Origin: Acidobacteriota bacterium
GTDB taxonomy: Bacteria > Acidobacteriota > UBA6911 > JACQSX01
DNA: 64,000 nt
Assembly (NCBI GenBank): GCA_036507075.1
Contig: DASXQR010000083.1
Location: 72,233 to 136,232, forward strand
Reading direction: 5' to 3'
Shown piece after piece: positions 8,139-19,362 of this stretch (position 1 is its first letter; each line of letters begins with the position of its first letter). Under the pieces are notes generated by a model. It was not told the DNA's origin. It made no database searches and saw only the letters and a list, made by a program, of their open reading frames with translations. The position numbers and the translations under genes were made by a program.

Positions 8139-9287
8139 ATGGGTTGTCTACTAAGACTGGCACTGGATAATTCGCTGCCTCTGCTGGCCGGAACATCGGC
8201 GGCCCTTCTATGGGCAAATCTCGACCCCGGAGTCTACCAATCGGTGTCGGAACCGTTGCATTTTGTCGTAAACGAAATCGGAATGGTATTCTTCTTCGCC
8301 CTGGCCGCAAAGGAAGTCTGCGAAGCGTTGTTGCCCGCAGGACCCTTGGCGTCGTTGAGCCGAGCCGCCCTGCCGTTGATGGCGACAGTGGGAGGAATGG
8401 TCGGCCCCGCCAGCCTCTATCTTCTCGGTGCCTGGTTCTTCGGACATAATGAGTTAGCAAGGGGCTGGGCGATTCCTTGCGCGACTGATATCGCATTCAG
8501 CTACTTGACAACGCGAGCAATATTTGGGGCGAAGCATCCGGCAGTCATTTTCCTGCTGTTGCTGGCACTTGCTGACGACGCATTGGGACTCGTCATTCTC
8601 GCCTCGTTTTATCCGACTTCCAGCATCAATCTGTTCTGGCTCGCTCTGCTCGCAGGCGGAGGAGTCGGGCTCGGTCTGCTCCTAAAAAAGACCGGATGGC
8701 AATCCTTTTGGATCTATCTATTCGGGCCGGGTGTACTAACCTGGATCGGCTTCTATCTTGGTGGAATTCATCCAGCGCTGGCTCTTGTCCCAGTTGTATT
8801 TTGCATGCCGCATGAGTCCAGGGATCTCGGGATCTTTGACGACCGCGAGGTTGGTCAGAGCGATACACTCAGCAGATTAGAGCGCTGGTGGAAAGATCCC
8901 GTCCAGGTCATATTAGGCCTTTTCGGCTTTGCCAACGCGGGAGTAGAGCTGACTGCTACCGGGCCCGCGACATGGCTTGTGCTGGGCGGACTGCTGCTCG
9001 GCAAACCTCTTGGCATTCTTCTAGCGACGCGGCTCGGAGCATTATTCGGATTGCGTCTGCCGGACGGGATCGGTTGGAAAGATCTGAGCGTGGTTTCTGC
9101 TGCGGCAAGCATTGGGTTCACTGTCGCGCTTTTTGTCTCCACGGTGGCGTTTGCATTCGGTACGGCGCTGGACCACGCAAAAATGGGCGCGCTGCTGAGC
9201 CTTGTTGCAGCACCTCTTTCCATAATTCTGGCAAAAATTCTGGGAGTGAAAAAAAGGAGACTTCATCGTCTTTTTCAATTCTCATAA
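8139..9287 (+). CDS. nhaA: Na+/H+ antiporter NhaA
   Basis: WAIPCATDIAFSY, LALADDALGLVILASFY, LFGFANAGVEL and GGLLLGKPLGI match conserved NhaA blocks. Confidence 0.8.
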   Translation: MGCLLRLALDNSLPLLAGTSAALLWANLDPGVYQSVSEPLHFVVNEIGMVFFFALAAKEVCEALLPAGPLASLSRAALPLMATVGGMVGPASLYLLGAWFFGHNELARGWAIPCATDIAFSYLTTRAIFGAKHPAVIFLLLLALADDALGLVILASFYPTSSINLFWLALLAGGGVGLGLLLKKTGWQSFWIYLFGPGVLTWIGFYLGGIHPALALVPVVFCMPHESRDLGIFDDREVGQSDTLSRLERWWKDPVQVILGLFGFANAGVELTATGPATWLVLGGLLLGKPLGILLATRLGALFGLRLPDGIGWKDLSVVSAAASIGFTVALFVSTVAFAFGTALDHAKMGALLSLVAAPLSIILAKILGVKKRRLHRLFQFS

Positions 9288-9420
9288 TGCTCCACACCGC
9301 TTTCGGCGCTTTACTGACATGGCGAGCGACCGCCTGAAGCAACGCAAATCAGATGCCAGGATTTCCGTCGGAGTGCTACAGAGGCGGGAAACAGGTTTTC
9401 CAGCATTGCGGGCGAATCTA

Positions 9421-9544
9421 CAACCTTGAAAAAGGCCTGAATCACGGCCTCAACCGGTCCTTATTGGCCCCGCTGTGTCAGGCGGATTTTCATGAGCGTT
9501 CAGTGCGCCTTTTCACCCATGCTGGAGGCAAATCACACGCGTTG
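9421..9544. repeat. ~124-bp intergenic repeat, copy 2
   Basis: Aligns with 7277..7400 and lacks the 51-bp insert. Confidence 0.6.
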
Positions 9545-9630
9545 CGGCCCGTTGACCGATCCCACAGCGCGGAATCTCCTTGCCCGAAGCGTGAATAGAA
9601 GCTAATTTTCACACGGGGTAAAGTCCCGTA

Positions 9631-9647
9631 TTGGATCGCGAGTTGCG
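9631..9647 (+). promoter_or_regulatory. candidate sigma-54 promoter (tTGGatcgcgagTTGCg) upstream of the hemerythrin-like/nitrate-reductase operon
   Basis: GG-N10-GC spacing is correct and the TTGC -12 element is present. It ends 23 nt before ATG 9670. Confidence 0.3.
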
Positions 9648-9669
9648 TTACTGTAGTGTCGAAAAATCT

Positions 9670-10101
9670 ATGAAACGAAGCGAAAAGCTAAGAAAGTTGT
9701 CCGAAGATCACCATCATGGTCTGGTGGTGGCGATGGTCCTAAAGGGTGAAAGAAAGCTTCCCGAGGCGCTCGGCTGGAATGGGCCTCTGCGCACGATCCG
9801 TGCCCGCCTGCTGTCCTTTTGGGATACAGACCTGCAAAAACATTTTCGGCAGGAGGAAGAGGAAGTATTTCCCGCCGCCGATTTAATCTCACCCGCCGCG
9901 CATGCACTTTGCGAGTCTCTCCGCTCTGAGCATCAGGTAATCAGGCAGCAGATCGGTAATATCCGAGCTGCTAACGAAAAGGATCTGGCGCCGTTACTGG
10001 CCGGTCTGGGAAATATTCTGGAACAGCACATCCGAAAGGAAGAGCGCGAGCTGTTTGAGCTGATAGAAGCAGCGGGTGTGGAGGATATGAAGGACAGCTG
10101 A
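9670..10101 (+). CDS. hemerythrin-like (HHE cation-binding) domain protein
   Basis: His/Glu-rich motifs (EDHHHG, HFRQEEEE, EHQ, EQHIRKEERE) are spaced as in hemerythrin/RIC-type domains. Confidence 0.45.
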   Translation: MKRSEKLRKLSEDHHHGLVVAMVLKGERKLPEALGWNGPLRTIRARLLSFWDTDLQKHFRQEEEEVFPAADLISPAAHALCESLRSEHQVIRQQIGNIRAANEKDLAPLLAGLGNILEQHIRKEERELFELIEAAGVEDMKDS

Positions 10102-11138
10102 TGTTCAGGACGATCAATATCCGCGCATTGGCAGTCGCTGCGCTGACAACACTTATTCTGGTGCTGATGATCGTCGCCGGTTCGCGCAATCTTCAGAACT
10201 TCGACGCAGCGCTTGTCGGTTATCTGTTCGCCACGATTTTTGCGGTTTTTGGAATCACCTACCGATATGCGGTCTGGCTGCAAAGACCCCCTACACGCTT
10301 GTACTGGCGCCGCGGTTGGCAACTGCTGTTTTCGCGGCATCTGGTCGGCGGCGTCAAAGCTATTATCCGAAGCATAACGACCGACTACATAGCACAGCGG
10401 TTCATCGCCAGAAGATCGTGGCCCCGGTGGGCGGTTCATTTTCTGCTCGCTTGGGGATGTATCATCGCGTTCGCGGTCACCTTTCCGCTTGTTTTCGGGT
10501 GGATTCATTTTGAGACTCTCCCAGGATCTCCGATTCAATATCGGACCTTCATCTTTGGGTTTCCAGCGATGCGTTTCTATGTTCAATCGGTGCTGGCGTG
10601 GAACATATTCCACGCTCTCGACTGGGCGGCCGTGATGGTGGTTGCCGGCGTCGTTTTCGCCGTCAGAAGACGACTCGTCGACCCCGGCCTGCTTGCAACG
10701 CAGACATTTTCTCGTGACTGGCTGCCACTCATAATTCTGTTTGCGGTCTCGATCACGGGTCTTCTTCTGACGGCGAGCGCGATGTGGATGAAAGGGGCGC
10801 ACTACAGCTTTCTGGCGCTGACGCACGAAATTACAGTGATTTTCTTCTTAATCTGGCTGCCCTTCGGGAAGTTCTTTCATATTTTCCAGCGCCCGGCTCA
10901 ATTGGGAGTTTCCGTCTACAAGCAGGCAGGCAGTGATCTGCCTGCAGCACGGTGCGCGCGCTGCGGAACAGAATACGCCTCAACCCTGCATGTGAACGAT
11001 CTTAAACAAGTAACAAAAGAACTTGGGATGGATTACGAATATTCCTCAAACGACCATCATCTTGATCTCTGCCCTGCCTGCAAGAGGGCTCGCTATGCCG
11101 AGTCTCACATGCAGGCGAAGAGAGGGCAAGCGTTCTAA
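10101..11138 (+). CDS. NarI-like (nitrate reductase gamma-subunit family) diheme cytochrome b membrane protein with C-terminal Cys4 tail
   Basis: Five to six TM helices with conserved His. The motif [13 protein letters not shown] parallels the NarI FPFSRLIHIW motif. The C-terminus carries CxxC...CxxC (CARCG...CPACK). Confidence 0.5.
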   Translation: MFRTINIRALAVAALTTLILVLMIVAGSRNLQNFDAALVGYLFATIFAVFGITYRYAVWLQRPPTRLYWRRGWQLLFSRHLVGGVKAIIRSITTDYIAQRFIARRSWPRWAVHFLLAWGCIIAFAVTFPLVFGWIHFETLPGSPIQYRTFIFGFPAMRFYVQSVLAWNIFHALDWAAVMVVAGVVFAVRRRLVDPGLLATQTFSRDWLPLIILFAVSITGLLLTASAMWMKGAHYSFLALTHEITVIFFLIWLPFGKFFHIFQRPAQLGVSVYKQAGSDLPAARCARCGTEYASTLHVNDLKQVTKELGMDYEYSSNDHHLDLCPACKRARYAESHMQAKRGQAF

Positions 11139-11145
11139 ATCACTT

Positions 11146-13317
11146 ATGGCAAAACTGCCTCAGACCGGAGACGAATTAATCAAGATTTACGGACCCCACC
11201 TGAATTACCCGCGCAAGGAGTCGGGCGTCGCTTCCGATGTACCTGACCATCTGGTTCAAACTCATTGCTGCTTCTGCGGAATGCAGTGCGGTATCCAGCT
11301 CAAGGTTAAGGACAATCGCGTTGTCGGTTTTGAACCCTGGGAAGAATTCCCATTCAACGAGGGGCGGTTGTGCCCGAAAGGTGTGCAGCGTTATTTGCAG
11401 AACGAGCACCCGGACAGGCTGCTGCACCCGCTGATCCGCTCTGACGCGGGATTCCGGCCTGGAAGCTGGGACGAAGCGATGACAAAGACGGCGGCTGAAA
11501 TCCGCCGCATCCAGGACAAATACGGCAAGAACGCTTTCGCGATGCTTTCCGGTGTGTCGCTGAATAATGAGAAATCTTATCTGGTCGGCAAGTTTGCCCG
11601 CGTGGCACTGCAAACCGCCAATCTTGATTATAACGGCAGGCTCTGCATGGTGAGCGCAGGGGCGGGAAACAAGAAAGCCTTCGGCATCGACCGCGCCGCC
11701 AACCCCTGGAGCGACTTGCTGCACAGTAATCTGATTTTCATCGCCGGCAGCAACGTGGGCGAGTGTTTTCCCACTTTGACCGATTACATCTGGAAGGCGC
11801 GCGATCGCGGCGCTCGTCTCATTGTTGTAGATCCGCGCGAGACCCCGGTAGCGCGCACCGCCGATCTTCATGTGGCGATCCGTCCGGGAAGAGACCTGGC
11901 CCTGATGAATGCAATCCTGAGCCTGCTTATTCAGTGGAACCGCCTGGACCACGAGTTCATCGCTCATCACACCACCGGATTTGAAAGCGTGCGCCAGGCG
12001 GCCACTGAAATGAGCCTCTCGGACGCGGCTCACCTGTGCGGCGTTCCCGAGGGCCAGATAATCAAGGCTGCACAAATGTGGTCGGATGCCAAAAACTCCA
12101 TCCTGCTGCATGCGCGCGGGATCGAACACCATACCAAGGGCGTGGACAACGTACTCAGTTGCATCAACCTGGTCCTGGCAACCGGCCGGCTTGGACGTAA
12201 GGGATGCGGCTACGGAACGATCACCGGCCAGGGCAATGGACAGGGAGGCCGCGAGCACGGCCATAAGTGTGACCAGCTTCCTGGAAACCGCGACATAGAG
12301 AACCCCGAACACCGCAAATACATCTCTGACGTCTGGGGCATTCGGGAAGAAGACCTTCCGCGTAAGGGACTGAGTGCGCAGGAAATCGTGGATGCGATAC
12401 ATAAAGGCGAGATCCGCGGCCTGCTCTCCATCTGTTTTAACCCGCTCGTATCGCTTCCCGACACCAGCCACACGCGCCAGGCACTGGAGAAACTCGAGTT
12501 CTATGCCGCAATCGACTTTTTCCTGAATGAGACGGCGCATCATGCCGACGTGGTTTTCCCGGGTTCGCTGCACGAGGAGGACGATGGCACCAGCACCAGC
12601 GCTGAGGCGCGCGTGATTCGCTGCCGTAAAGCCGTCGATCCTCCCGGTGAGGCGCGCCAGGATTGGAAGATTCTCTGCGAGATAGCCGATCGACTCGGCC
12701 GTGGAAAGCATTTTGATTACCAGTCATCGGAGCGGATTTTTGAGGAACTGAGAATCGCCTCGCGCGGCGGAACGGCAGATTATTACGGCATCACTTATGA
12801 CAAGATTGAGAAAAACTACGGAGTCTTCTGGCCCTGTCCTTCGGAAGATCATCCCGGCACTCCGCGCCTGTTTGAGGACCGGCGCTCGTATCATCCGGAC
12901 GGAAAGTTTCATTTTCAAGCCGTCCGTTACCGTCCATCGGCGGAAGAGACTGACGCCGAATTTCCGGTTGTTCTAACTACCGGCCGCGTAGTGTCGCAGT
13001 ATCTCAGCGGAACGCAAACGCGTCGCATCGGGATGCTCGTAGATCAGTATCCTGAGCCCAGGCTGGAGATACATCCTCATCTGGCGGCGCGCTATGGAAT
13101 CGCCACGGGCGACTTGGTCAGAGTGACCAGCCGGCGCGGCAGCATGGAGCTGCCGGCCCTGGTCACAGAGACCATTCGAGCCGATACGGTCTTCATTCCA
13201 TATCATTGGCCTGGAAAGCAGGCGGCCAATCAGTTGACGCAGCGCGCGCTCGATCCTGTTTCCAAAATCCCTGAATTCAAGGTTTCCGCAGTCCGGTTGC
13301 AGAAGGTGGCGCGATGA
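11146..13317 (+). CDS. molybdopterin oxidoreductase, assimilatory-type (NarB/NasA-like) nitrate reductase catalytic subunit
   Basis: N-terminal 4Fe-4S motif CCFCGMQCG, with molybdopterin dinucleotide-binding regions. No Tat signal and no selenocysteine. narK lies downstream. Confidence 0.75.
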   Translation: MAKLPQTGDELIKIYGPHLNYPRKESGVASDVPDHLVQTHCCFCGMQCGIQLKVKDNRVVGFEPWEEFPFNEGRLCPKGVQRYLQNEHPDRLLHPLIRSDAGFRPGSWDEAMTKTAAEIRRIQDKYGKNAFAMLSGVSLNNEKSYLVGKFARVALQTANLDYNGRLCMVSAGAGNKKAFGIDRAANPWSDLLHSNLIFIAGSNVGECFPTLTDYIWKARDRGARLIVVDPRETPVARTADLHVAIRPGRDLALMNAILSLLIQWNRLDHEFIAHHTTGFESVRQAATEMSLSDAAHLCGVPEGQIIKAAQMWSDAKNSILLHARGIEHHTKGVDNVLSCINLVLATGRLGRKGCGYGTITGQGNGQGGREHGHKCDQLPGNRDIENPEHRKYISDVWGIREEDLPRKGLSAQEIVDAIHKGEIRGLLSICFNPLVSLPDTSHTRQALEKLEFYAAIDFFLNETAHHADVVFPGSLHEEDDGTSTSAEARVIRCRKAVDPPGEARQDWKILCEIADRLGRGKHFDYQSSERIFEELRIASRGGTADYYGITYDKIEKNYGVFWPCPSEDHPGTPRLFEDRRSYHPDGKFHFQAVRYRPSAEETDAEFPVVLTTGRVVSQYLSGTQTRRIGMLVDQYPEPRLEIHPHLAARYGIATGDLVRVTSRRGSMELPALVTETIRADTVFIPYHWPGKQAANQLTQRALDPVSKIPEFKVSAVRLQKVAR

Positions 13318-13880
13318 GCGAAGCGGAATTCTTCGTTGACCCGCAACGCTGCATCGGGTGCCACGCGTGCGAAACGGCATGTGCGGAATGCGGCACGCAC
13401 AAAGGTCTGCCGATGATCCACGTCGACTATGTAGACCGGTCGAGATCGACACAGACCGTTCCAATGGTCTGCATGCATTGCGAAGACCCCGCCTGTGCTC
13501 AGGTATGTCCTGCGTACGCCATTCAAAAAACCGCCGATGGGGTAGTGCACTCAGCGACGACGCCGCGCTGCATCGGGTGCTCAAACTGCGTGCTCGCTTG
13601 TCCGTTTGGAGTACCGAAGTACATGGCAGGAATGGACCTGATGATGAAATGCGACATGTGTTATGACCGCACTTCGATAGGAAAGCGGCCGATGTGTGCG
13701 ACGGTCTGTCCCACGGGCGCGCTCTGGTACGGTTCGCGTGAACAGCTTCAGAAGGAGCGCAGGAGCGTTCCAGTGAATCAGTTCCGGTTCGGCGGTCAGT
13801 TGGTACGTACAAGAGTTCATGTGATGGTCCACTCAGGCGAGACGCTGGTGCAGATAAAGGGAGTGAATTTGCGAGGGTAG
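13314..13880 (+). CDS. 4x[4Fe-4S] ferredoxin-type subunit (DmsB/FdhB/NrfC-like)
   Basis: Four Cys clusters: [41 protein letters not shown]...CATVCP. Its start overlaps the stop of the upstream gene. Confidence 0.8.
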   Translation: MSEAEFFVDPQRCIGCHACETACAECGTHKGLPMIHVDYVDRSRSTQTVPMVCMHCEDPACAQVCPAYAIQKTADGVVHSATTPRCIGCSNCVLACPFGVPKYMAGMDLMMKCDMCYDRTSIGKRPMCATVCPTGALWYGSREQLQKERRSVPVNQFRFGGQLVRTRVHVMVHSGETLVQIKGVNLRG

Positions 13881-14405
13881 GTGACGGATATGAGACCCCA
13901 ATCGGTTGAGACTCCCAGGTCGGCGGAGCCCAAATGGAAAAATGATTTTCCGCTGGATTACGGCGAAGATGAACACGTTAGTCGCCGCGAGTTTGCCAAG
14001 TTTCTGGTACTCACAAGTTTGGGTCTCTTTGTCGGAAATTGCTGGATTGCGTTAAAGCAATGGTTCGGCCCGTCGAAAGGCGGCTTTCCTCAAATACGGA
14101 TTGCCGCATTGGATCAGATTCGCATTGGAGAAATGCTTCAGTTCCGATACCCCGATGAAAAGTCACCGGCCATTCTGATCAGGCTTTCGGAAACAGAACT
14201 AGTCGCCTATGGGCAGAAGTGCACCCACCTGTCCTGCGCGGTTTACTGGGAACCGGGGGATGGAAGGATCGCCTGTCCCTGCCATCACGGCTTTTTCGAT
14301 GTGCGCGATGGCCATGTTTTGGCCGGCCCGCCGCCCCGTTCCCTGCCGCGCATTCCGCTCAGAATCCAGGGAGCAGACATCTTTGCCACGGGAGTGGAAA
14401 TATGA
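13881..14405 (+). CDS. Rieske [2Fe-2S] protein with N-terminal Tat-like/TM anchor
   Basis: CTHLSCAV...CPCHHGFF Rieske boxes. The N-terminus reads SRREFAKFLVLTSLGLFV. Confidence 0.8.
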   Translation: MTDMRPQSVETPRSAEPKWKNDFPLDYGEDEHVSRREFAKFLVLTSLGLFVGNCWIALKQWFGPSKGGFPQIRIAALDQIRIGEMLQFRYPDEKSPAILIRLSETELVAYGQKCTHLSCAVYWEPGDGRIACPCHHGFFDVRDGHVLAGPPPRSLPRIPLRIQGADIFATGVEI

Positions 14406-14632
14406 GTGATATTAAGGACGCGCAGAAGAACATTACTGCCCAGAAGCGCAATGCCATTCTGGCTGGAATCATCAGCATTCTTTGCATATTCGTGATCGCC
14501 CAGGTGTGGTTGCTAACCGCCGCTCTGGAAGCTTACCTGGCTGGAAACCCGGACGTTGCCATACCTGCGGCACTGGTCGCGGCAGGTTGCTTTGCGCTTG
14601 CCGCAGGATTGCTTCGGTACCTGCCTGATTAG
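14402..14632 (+). CDS. small 2-TM membrane protein (76 aa)
   Basis: The ATG overlaps the Rieske stop and a GGAG RBS is present. MSDIKDAQKNITAQKRNAILAGIISILCIFVIAQVWLLTAALEAY... Confidence 0.4.
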   Translation: MSDIKDAQKNITAQKRNAILAGIISILCIFVIAQVWLLTAALEAYLAGNPDVAIPAALVAAGCFALAAGLLRYLPD

Positions 14633-14642
14633 CTAGTTGCTA

Positions 14643-15833
14643 ATGAAGGTTGTGATGAAAGACTCGAACAGGAACTTGACGCTCTCCACGCTTGCCTTTG
14701 CTGTGACCTTTTCCTGTTGGGGCTTGATCGCTGCGCTGGCGCCTCTCTTCAAGACCTCATTCGGTTTGAGTGCGACACAGGTTGGAATAATGGTGGCGAT
14801 ACCGGTCCTTCTCGGGTCTGTAGGGAGGTTGGGCGCAGGGTGGCTTGCGGACCGTTTCGGAGCAAGAAGCGTTATGGCGTTCCTGCTGATTTTTGGAACG
14901 ATCCCACCGCTTGCGCTGAGCTTTGTTCGTTCTTACGAAGCGGTCCTCTTCTGGGGTTTTTTCCTCGGCGCGGCGGGAACTTCGTTCCCCGTCGGAGTCG
15001 CGCTTGTGTCGCGTTGCTTCCCAAAGGAGCGGGCCGGGTTTGCCCTGGGTGTTTACGGGGCAGGTAACATCGGGCAGTCGATCGCCGTGTTTTTTGCGCC
15101 GGTGCTGGCGCGCGGCGTCGGTCCGGATTGGACTTTCCGGGCATTTGCGCTGCTATCGGCCCTCGGCGGGATGCTGGTCTGGCTCCTGATGAAAGAACCT
15201 GACCACGGTCGTCCTCAAATGAACTGGCGTGAAACGGCGGCTGTTTTTCGCGAGAGGAAAACCTTTATTCTGAGTCTGTTCTATTTTTTGACTTTTGGCG
15301 GCTTTATCGCGCTTGGGATCTTTCTGCCCACATTGTTGCGTGAAATGTTCAGCCTTTCAGCCGCTGACGCCGGCGCGCGAACCGCAGGGTTTGTGCTTGT
15401 CGCCACACTTGCGCGTCCTCTGGGTGGATGGCTCAGCGACAGTTGGGGAGGTCAGCGGATGCTCATGTTCGTCTTCGGAGGACTTGCAGCCATAGCGTGG
15501 TTGATGTTCAGTCACAACATAGTCCTTTTCACCTTTTCGGCCCTCGGCTCCGCCCTGTTGCTGGGCCTGGGCAATGGTGCCGTTTTTAAACTGGTGCCCG
15601 AGTACTTTCCGGTACGCACCGGCACGGTAACCGGCATCGTGGGCGCAACGGGTGGATTGGGCGGGTTCTTCCCACCACTGGTGCTGGGCATGTTCCGAGA
15701 CCAGTTTGGAAGTTACGGCCCTGGATTTTTGCTGCTCAGTGCGTTCGCCGCGGCATGTCTGTTGATCAACTGGACTGCAACATCAACACCGGCAAGGACC
15801 AGAAACATGGATCCGATGTCGGCGCGGCGATGA
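14643..15833 (+). CDS. narK: MFS nitrate/nitrite transporter NarK-like
   Basis: 12-TM MFS protein with GRLGAGWLADRFG. Its last 17 codons are formed by the 51-bp repeat. Confidence 0.75.
   Translation: MKVVMKDSNRNLTLSTLAFAVTFSCWGLIAALAPLFKTSFGLSATQVGIMVAIPVLLGSVGRLGAGWLADRFGARSVMAFLLIFGTIPPLALSFVRSYEAVLFWGFFLGAAGTSFPVGVALVSRCFPKERAGFALGVYGAGNIGQSIAVFFAPVLARGVGPDWTFRAFALLSALGGMLVWLLMKEPDHGRPQMNWRETAAVFRERKTFILSLFYFLTFGGFIALGIFLPTLLREMFSLSAADAGARTAGFVLVATLARPLGGWLSDSWGGQRMLMFVFGGLAAIAWLMFSHNIVLFTFSALGSALLLGLGNGAVFKLVPEYFPVRTGTVTGIVGATGGLGGFFPPLVLGMFRDQFGSYGPGFLLLSAFAAACLLINWTATSTPARTRNMDPMSARR
15773..15823. repeat. 51-bp repeat copy inside the narK 3' end
   Basis: Matches 7402..7452 in a different reading frame. 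Confidence 0.6.
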
Positions 15834-16143
15834 TTAGAACCACAATCATGGTGCTGGTAACCTGATCCCTCATCCTGCGTGGCCGCCGGCAGCCATCACC
15901 AGAGTTGGGATCGCATTCCTGGTGGGTAAGGCACCGGCAGCGGGCTTTCGGGGAAGCTCTTGCCAAACGGGAGGAGCGTGGGCGGCATCAGTGATTCCAT
16001 ACGAGCATCATGCCCTCGATCAATGCCATTATTGCAATGCCGGCGGCGAAATGCGCTGAGGCGCGATCTGCCGCCGGTATTTTTTGAGAGAAGGCGGCCG
16101 GATGGAGAAAGTACTAAAGATTCTCCTCAGGTAAATCGTCATC

Positions 16144-16560
16144 TCAGAAGACGTGTTTCACGTTCTCGCCTTGAATCATTACCTCCTCGATTGTCGTCTC
16201 CTTTGCCGGATTGGTGCCAAACCGAACTTCGGTGGCCTTTGCTTTTATCTCCAGAGGCTGGACATGACACTTCAGTCTCGTGATCTCCTTGTCTGTGGGT
16301 TTCTCCCACCCGGCGTGACGGCGCTCAACGATCGGCTTAAAGATGATACTGTGGCTCTCACCGACCGATTTGTGCTGAAGCTGATAGAGACCCGGTTGTA
16401 ACAGGACTTCTCCTACGCGGACTGGCGAGCTGAAAGTGATCTCGCCCTTATTTCCCACGCGCACGGTCCCGGGCCGCTCGGCTAACAGTGGAATACAAAA
16501 GCTTCCCAGAAGAGTCATAAGCAAAGCCCCTTTTGAAAAGTATTTCTTTCCGTAATTCAT
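16144..16560 (-). CDS. hypothetical secreted protein (signal peptide MNYGKKYFSKGALLMTLLGSFCIPLLA)
   Basis: Start chosen at the Met with an AGAGAGGA RBS. The upstream extension in the ORF track is probably spurious. Confidence 0.4.
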   Translation of the reverse strand: MNYGKKYFSKGALLMTLLGSFCIPLLAERPGTVRVGNKGEITFSSPVRVGEVLLQPGLYQLQHKSVGESHSIIFKPIVERRHAGWEKPTDKEITRLKCHVQPLEIKAKATEVRFGTNPAKETTIEEVMIQGENVKHVF

Positions 16561-16746
16561 GAATCCTCTCTTTCCTTTCTGTGTATCACCTTGCTTCATC
16601 CGGATGAATAGCAATCGCGATGCCAGTTTGGTCCGCGGTTGTTTGCCCGGGAATTTCGGATAGAGGGTCTGGAGTGCCGAAGGAAAGTACTGCGTGAAAT
16701 CGCGCATCACTGCGTGTTTTCCAGCAGGCACCCGAAAAGCGCGGCG

Positions 16747-19110
16747 TTAATACGGCCACTTCCAGTCGCGAATCTCAGGCATGTCGTCGCCGTATTTACA
16801 AATGTACTGCTTATGTTCGAGGAGCTTGTCACGCATGGCTTGCTTGACATAGGCAGCCTTTGAACCTAACTTCGGTAGGCGCTCTATAACGTCTTCAACC
16901 AGGTGGAAGCGGTCGAGGTCGTTAAGAACCGTCATGTCAAACGGCGTCGTGGTCGTGCCCTCCTCTTTGTATCCACGCACGTGAAGGTTGCGGTGATTTG
17001 TGCGACGGTAGGCCAGCCGGTGAATCAACCAGGGATAACCATGAAAGGCGAACACGACAGGCCTGTCAGTTGTAAAGAGCGAATCGAAATCTTTGTCAGA
17101 CAACCCGTGCGGATGCTCCCGCGCGGGTTGGAGTGTCATCAAATCGACGACGTTGACCACGCGAACCCGTAGTTCCGGAAAGCGGTGACGGAGGATATCC
17201 ACCGCCGCAAGTGTTTCCAGCGTCGCAATGTCGCCGGCACACGCCATCACAACGTCCGGCTCTGCACCTTCGTCGTTGCTTGCCCATTTCCAAATGCCTA
17301 TACCTGCGGTGCAGTGTTTGATGGCGGCATCCATATCGAGATATTGCAGCGCAGGTTGCTTGCCCGCCACAATGACATTCACGTAGTGGCGGCTCCTCAG
17401 GCAATGGTCCGTCACGGAGAGGAGCGTGTTGGCGTCGGGCGGAAAATAGACACGAACGATTTCCGCCTTCTTGTTGACGACATGATCGATAAAGCCGGGA
17501 TCCTGGTGGCTGAAGCCGTTGTGATCCTGCCGCCAGACATGCGAGGTGAGCAGATAGTTGAGAGAAGCAATCGGACGGCGCCACGGAATATGACGCGTCA
17601 CTTTCAGCCACTTGGCATGCTGGTTGAACATGGAATCAACGATGTGAATAAACGCCTCGTAACAGGAGAAAAAGCCATGCCGACCGGTGAGCAGGTAACC
17701 TTCCAGCCAGCCCTGGCACATATGTTCGCTCAAGACCTCCATTACCCGCCCGTCAGGTGAGATATGGTCGTCGCCGGGCGAAATACTGCCGGTGAAAACT
17801 CGGTCGGTCACCTCAAACACTGCACCCAAGCGGTTTGAGGCTGTTTCGTCCGGGCCCATCAAGCGGAAATTACGACTTTCGGCGTTACACTTGATAACGT
17901 CGCGAAGGAATCGTCCCATCACGCGTGTGGCTTCTGCCTCCAGGGTGCCTGGGTTCGGGACATCGACGGCGTAGTCGCGAAAATCCGGCAGCTTTAAATC
18001 CTTAAGGAGCAGCCCTCCATTGGCGTGGGGGTTGGCACCCATGCGAAGCCTTCCTCGGGGCGCAAGTTCTGCAAGCTCCGGCACAAGCCGCCCGTTTTCA
18101 TCGAATAGTTCTTCGGGCTTGTAGCTGCGCATCCACTGTTCAAGCATCTTTAGATGTTCCGGCTTGCTTGCCAGCTCTGCCAGCGGAACCTGGTGGGAGC
18201 GGAACGAATTCTCTGTTGGCAAACCATCAACGATCTTTGGCCCGGTCCAACCTTTTGGCGTACGCAGCACGATCATCGGCCACCGCTGACGGCGGAAGAA
18301 GCCATTGGTTCGGGCGTCTCTCTGAATTGCCTGGATCTCGGCGAGCACTGAGTCGAGTGTGTGCGCCATGAGTTGATGCATCTTTTCCGGCTCGTTGCCC
18401 TCGACAAAGTATGGCGTGTAGCCATAACCGACAAAAAGGCTTGTCAGCTCTTCGTCGTTGAGCCGCGCCAGGAGGGTGGGATTGGCAATCTTGTAGCCAT
18501 TCAAATGCAGAATGGGCAAAACGGCGCCGTCATGCACCGGATTGAGGAACTTGTTGGAATGCCAGCTCGCGGCCAGGGGGCCTGTCTCCGCTTCACCGTC
18601 GCCGATGACGCAAGCTGCCAGTAAGTCGGGATTGTCGAACACGGCACCGTAGGCGTGAACCAGCGCGTAACCAAGTTCGCCACCTTCATGGATTGATCCG
18701 GGGGTTTCCGGTGCCACGTGGCTCGGAATGCCGCCGGGGAATGAAAACTGTGTAAAAAGCTTTTTCAGCCCCTCGGTATCCTGCGAGATGCTGGGATAAA
18801 CCTCGCTGTATGTTCCCTCCAGGTAAGTGTTGGCGACCAGACCGGGGCCGCCATGGCCCGGGCCGGTGATGTAGAGAACATTCAGATCATGCGCCTTAAT
18901 CAGGCGATTAAGATGCGCGTAAATGAAATTAAGCCCCGGCGTCGTCCCCCAGTGGCCAAGCAGTCTCGGCTTGATGTGGCAAAGCTCCAGGGGCTTACGC
19001 AGCAGAGGATTGTCGTACAGGTAAATTTGACCAACCGAAAGATAATTCGCCGCTCGCCAGTAGGCATTTATCTTCCGTACTTCCTCTGCAGTTAAGGGTG
19101 TTTCTTTCAT
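16747..19110 (-). CDS. xfp: xylulose-5-phosphate/fructose-6-phosphate phosphoketolase
   Basis: [31 protein letters not shown]... is the canonical phosphoketolase N-terminus, and the TPP-binding regions are present. Confidence 0.9.
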   Translation of the reverse strand: MKETPLTAEEVRKINAYWRAANYLSVGQIYLYDNPLLRKPLELCHIKPRLLGHWGTTPGLNFIYAHLNRLIKAHDLNVLYITGPGHGGPGLVANTYLEGTYSEVYPSISQDTEGLKKLFTQFSFPGGIPSHVAPETPGSIHEGGELGYALVHAYGAVFDNPDLLAACVIGDGEAETGPLAASWHSNKFLNPVHDGAVLPILHLNGYKIANPTLLARLNDEELTSLFVGYGYTPYFVEGNEPEKMHQLMAHTLDSVLAEIQAIQRDARTNGFFRRQRWPMIVLRTPKGWTGPKIVDGLPTENSFRSHQVPLAELASKPEHLKMLEQWMRSYKPEELFDENGRLVPELAELAPRGRLRMGANPHANGGLLLKDLKLPDFRDYAVDVPNPGTLEAEATRVMGRFLRDVIKCNAESRNFRLMGPDETASNRLGAVFEVTDRVFTGSISPGDDHISPDGRVMEVLSEHMCQGWLEGYLLTGRHGFFSCYEAFIHIVDSMFNQHAKWLKVTRHIPWRRPIASLNYLLTSHVWRQDHNGFSHQDPGFIDHVVNKKAEIVRVYFPPDANTLLSVTDHCLRSRHYVNVIVAGKQPALQYLDMDAAIKHCTAGIGIWKWASNDEGAEPDVVMACAGDIATLETLAAVDILRHRFPELRVRVVNVVDLMTLQPAREHPHGLSDKDFDSLFTTDRPVVFAFHGYPWLIHRLAYRRTNHRNLHVRGYKEEGTTTTPFDMTVLNDLDRFHLVEDVIERLPKLGSKAAYVKQAMRDKLLEHKQYICKYGDDMPEIRDWKWPY

Positions 19111-19289
19111 CTCACGATAACGCTCTGCTGGAGCCGATGTAAATCTTACGCAACTTTCCTGCCAGAAACGCCGCCTACGAACTGGTCCTCTGCCGAATGC
19201 TTTCAGCCTGCGCAAGAATTACGAGTGTATTCCTTACGGTTGGGTTACATCACCTAACTTCTGGCGGGAAAGAAAAGGAAAAAGGGAGA

Positions 19290-19362
<73 letters not shown>

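Noticed and set aside
11176-12711. 511-aa minus-strand ORF
   Set aside because: It is entirely antisense to the nitrate reductase catalytic gene and is a typical high-GC shadow ORF. The same applies to 9933..10826, 12973..13812, 31977..33389, 54489..55304, 56548..57564 and 58176..58901.
14219-14401. N-terminal extension of the small TM ORF into the Rieske gene
   Set aside because: The extension overlaps the Rieske coding region in another frame. An ATG with a GGAG RBS sits at 14402.
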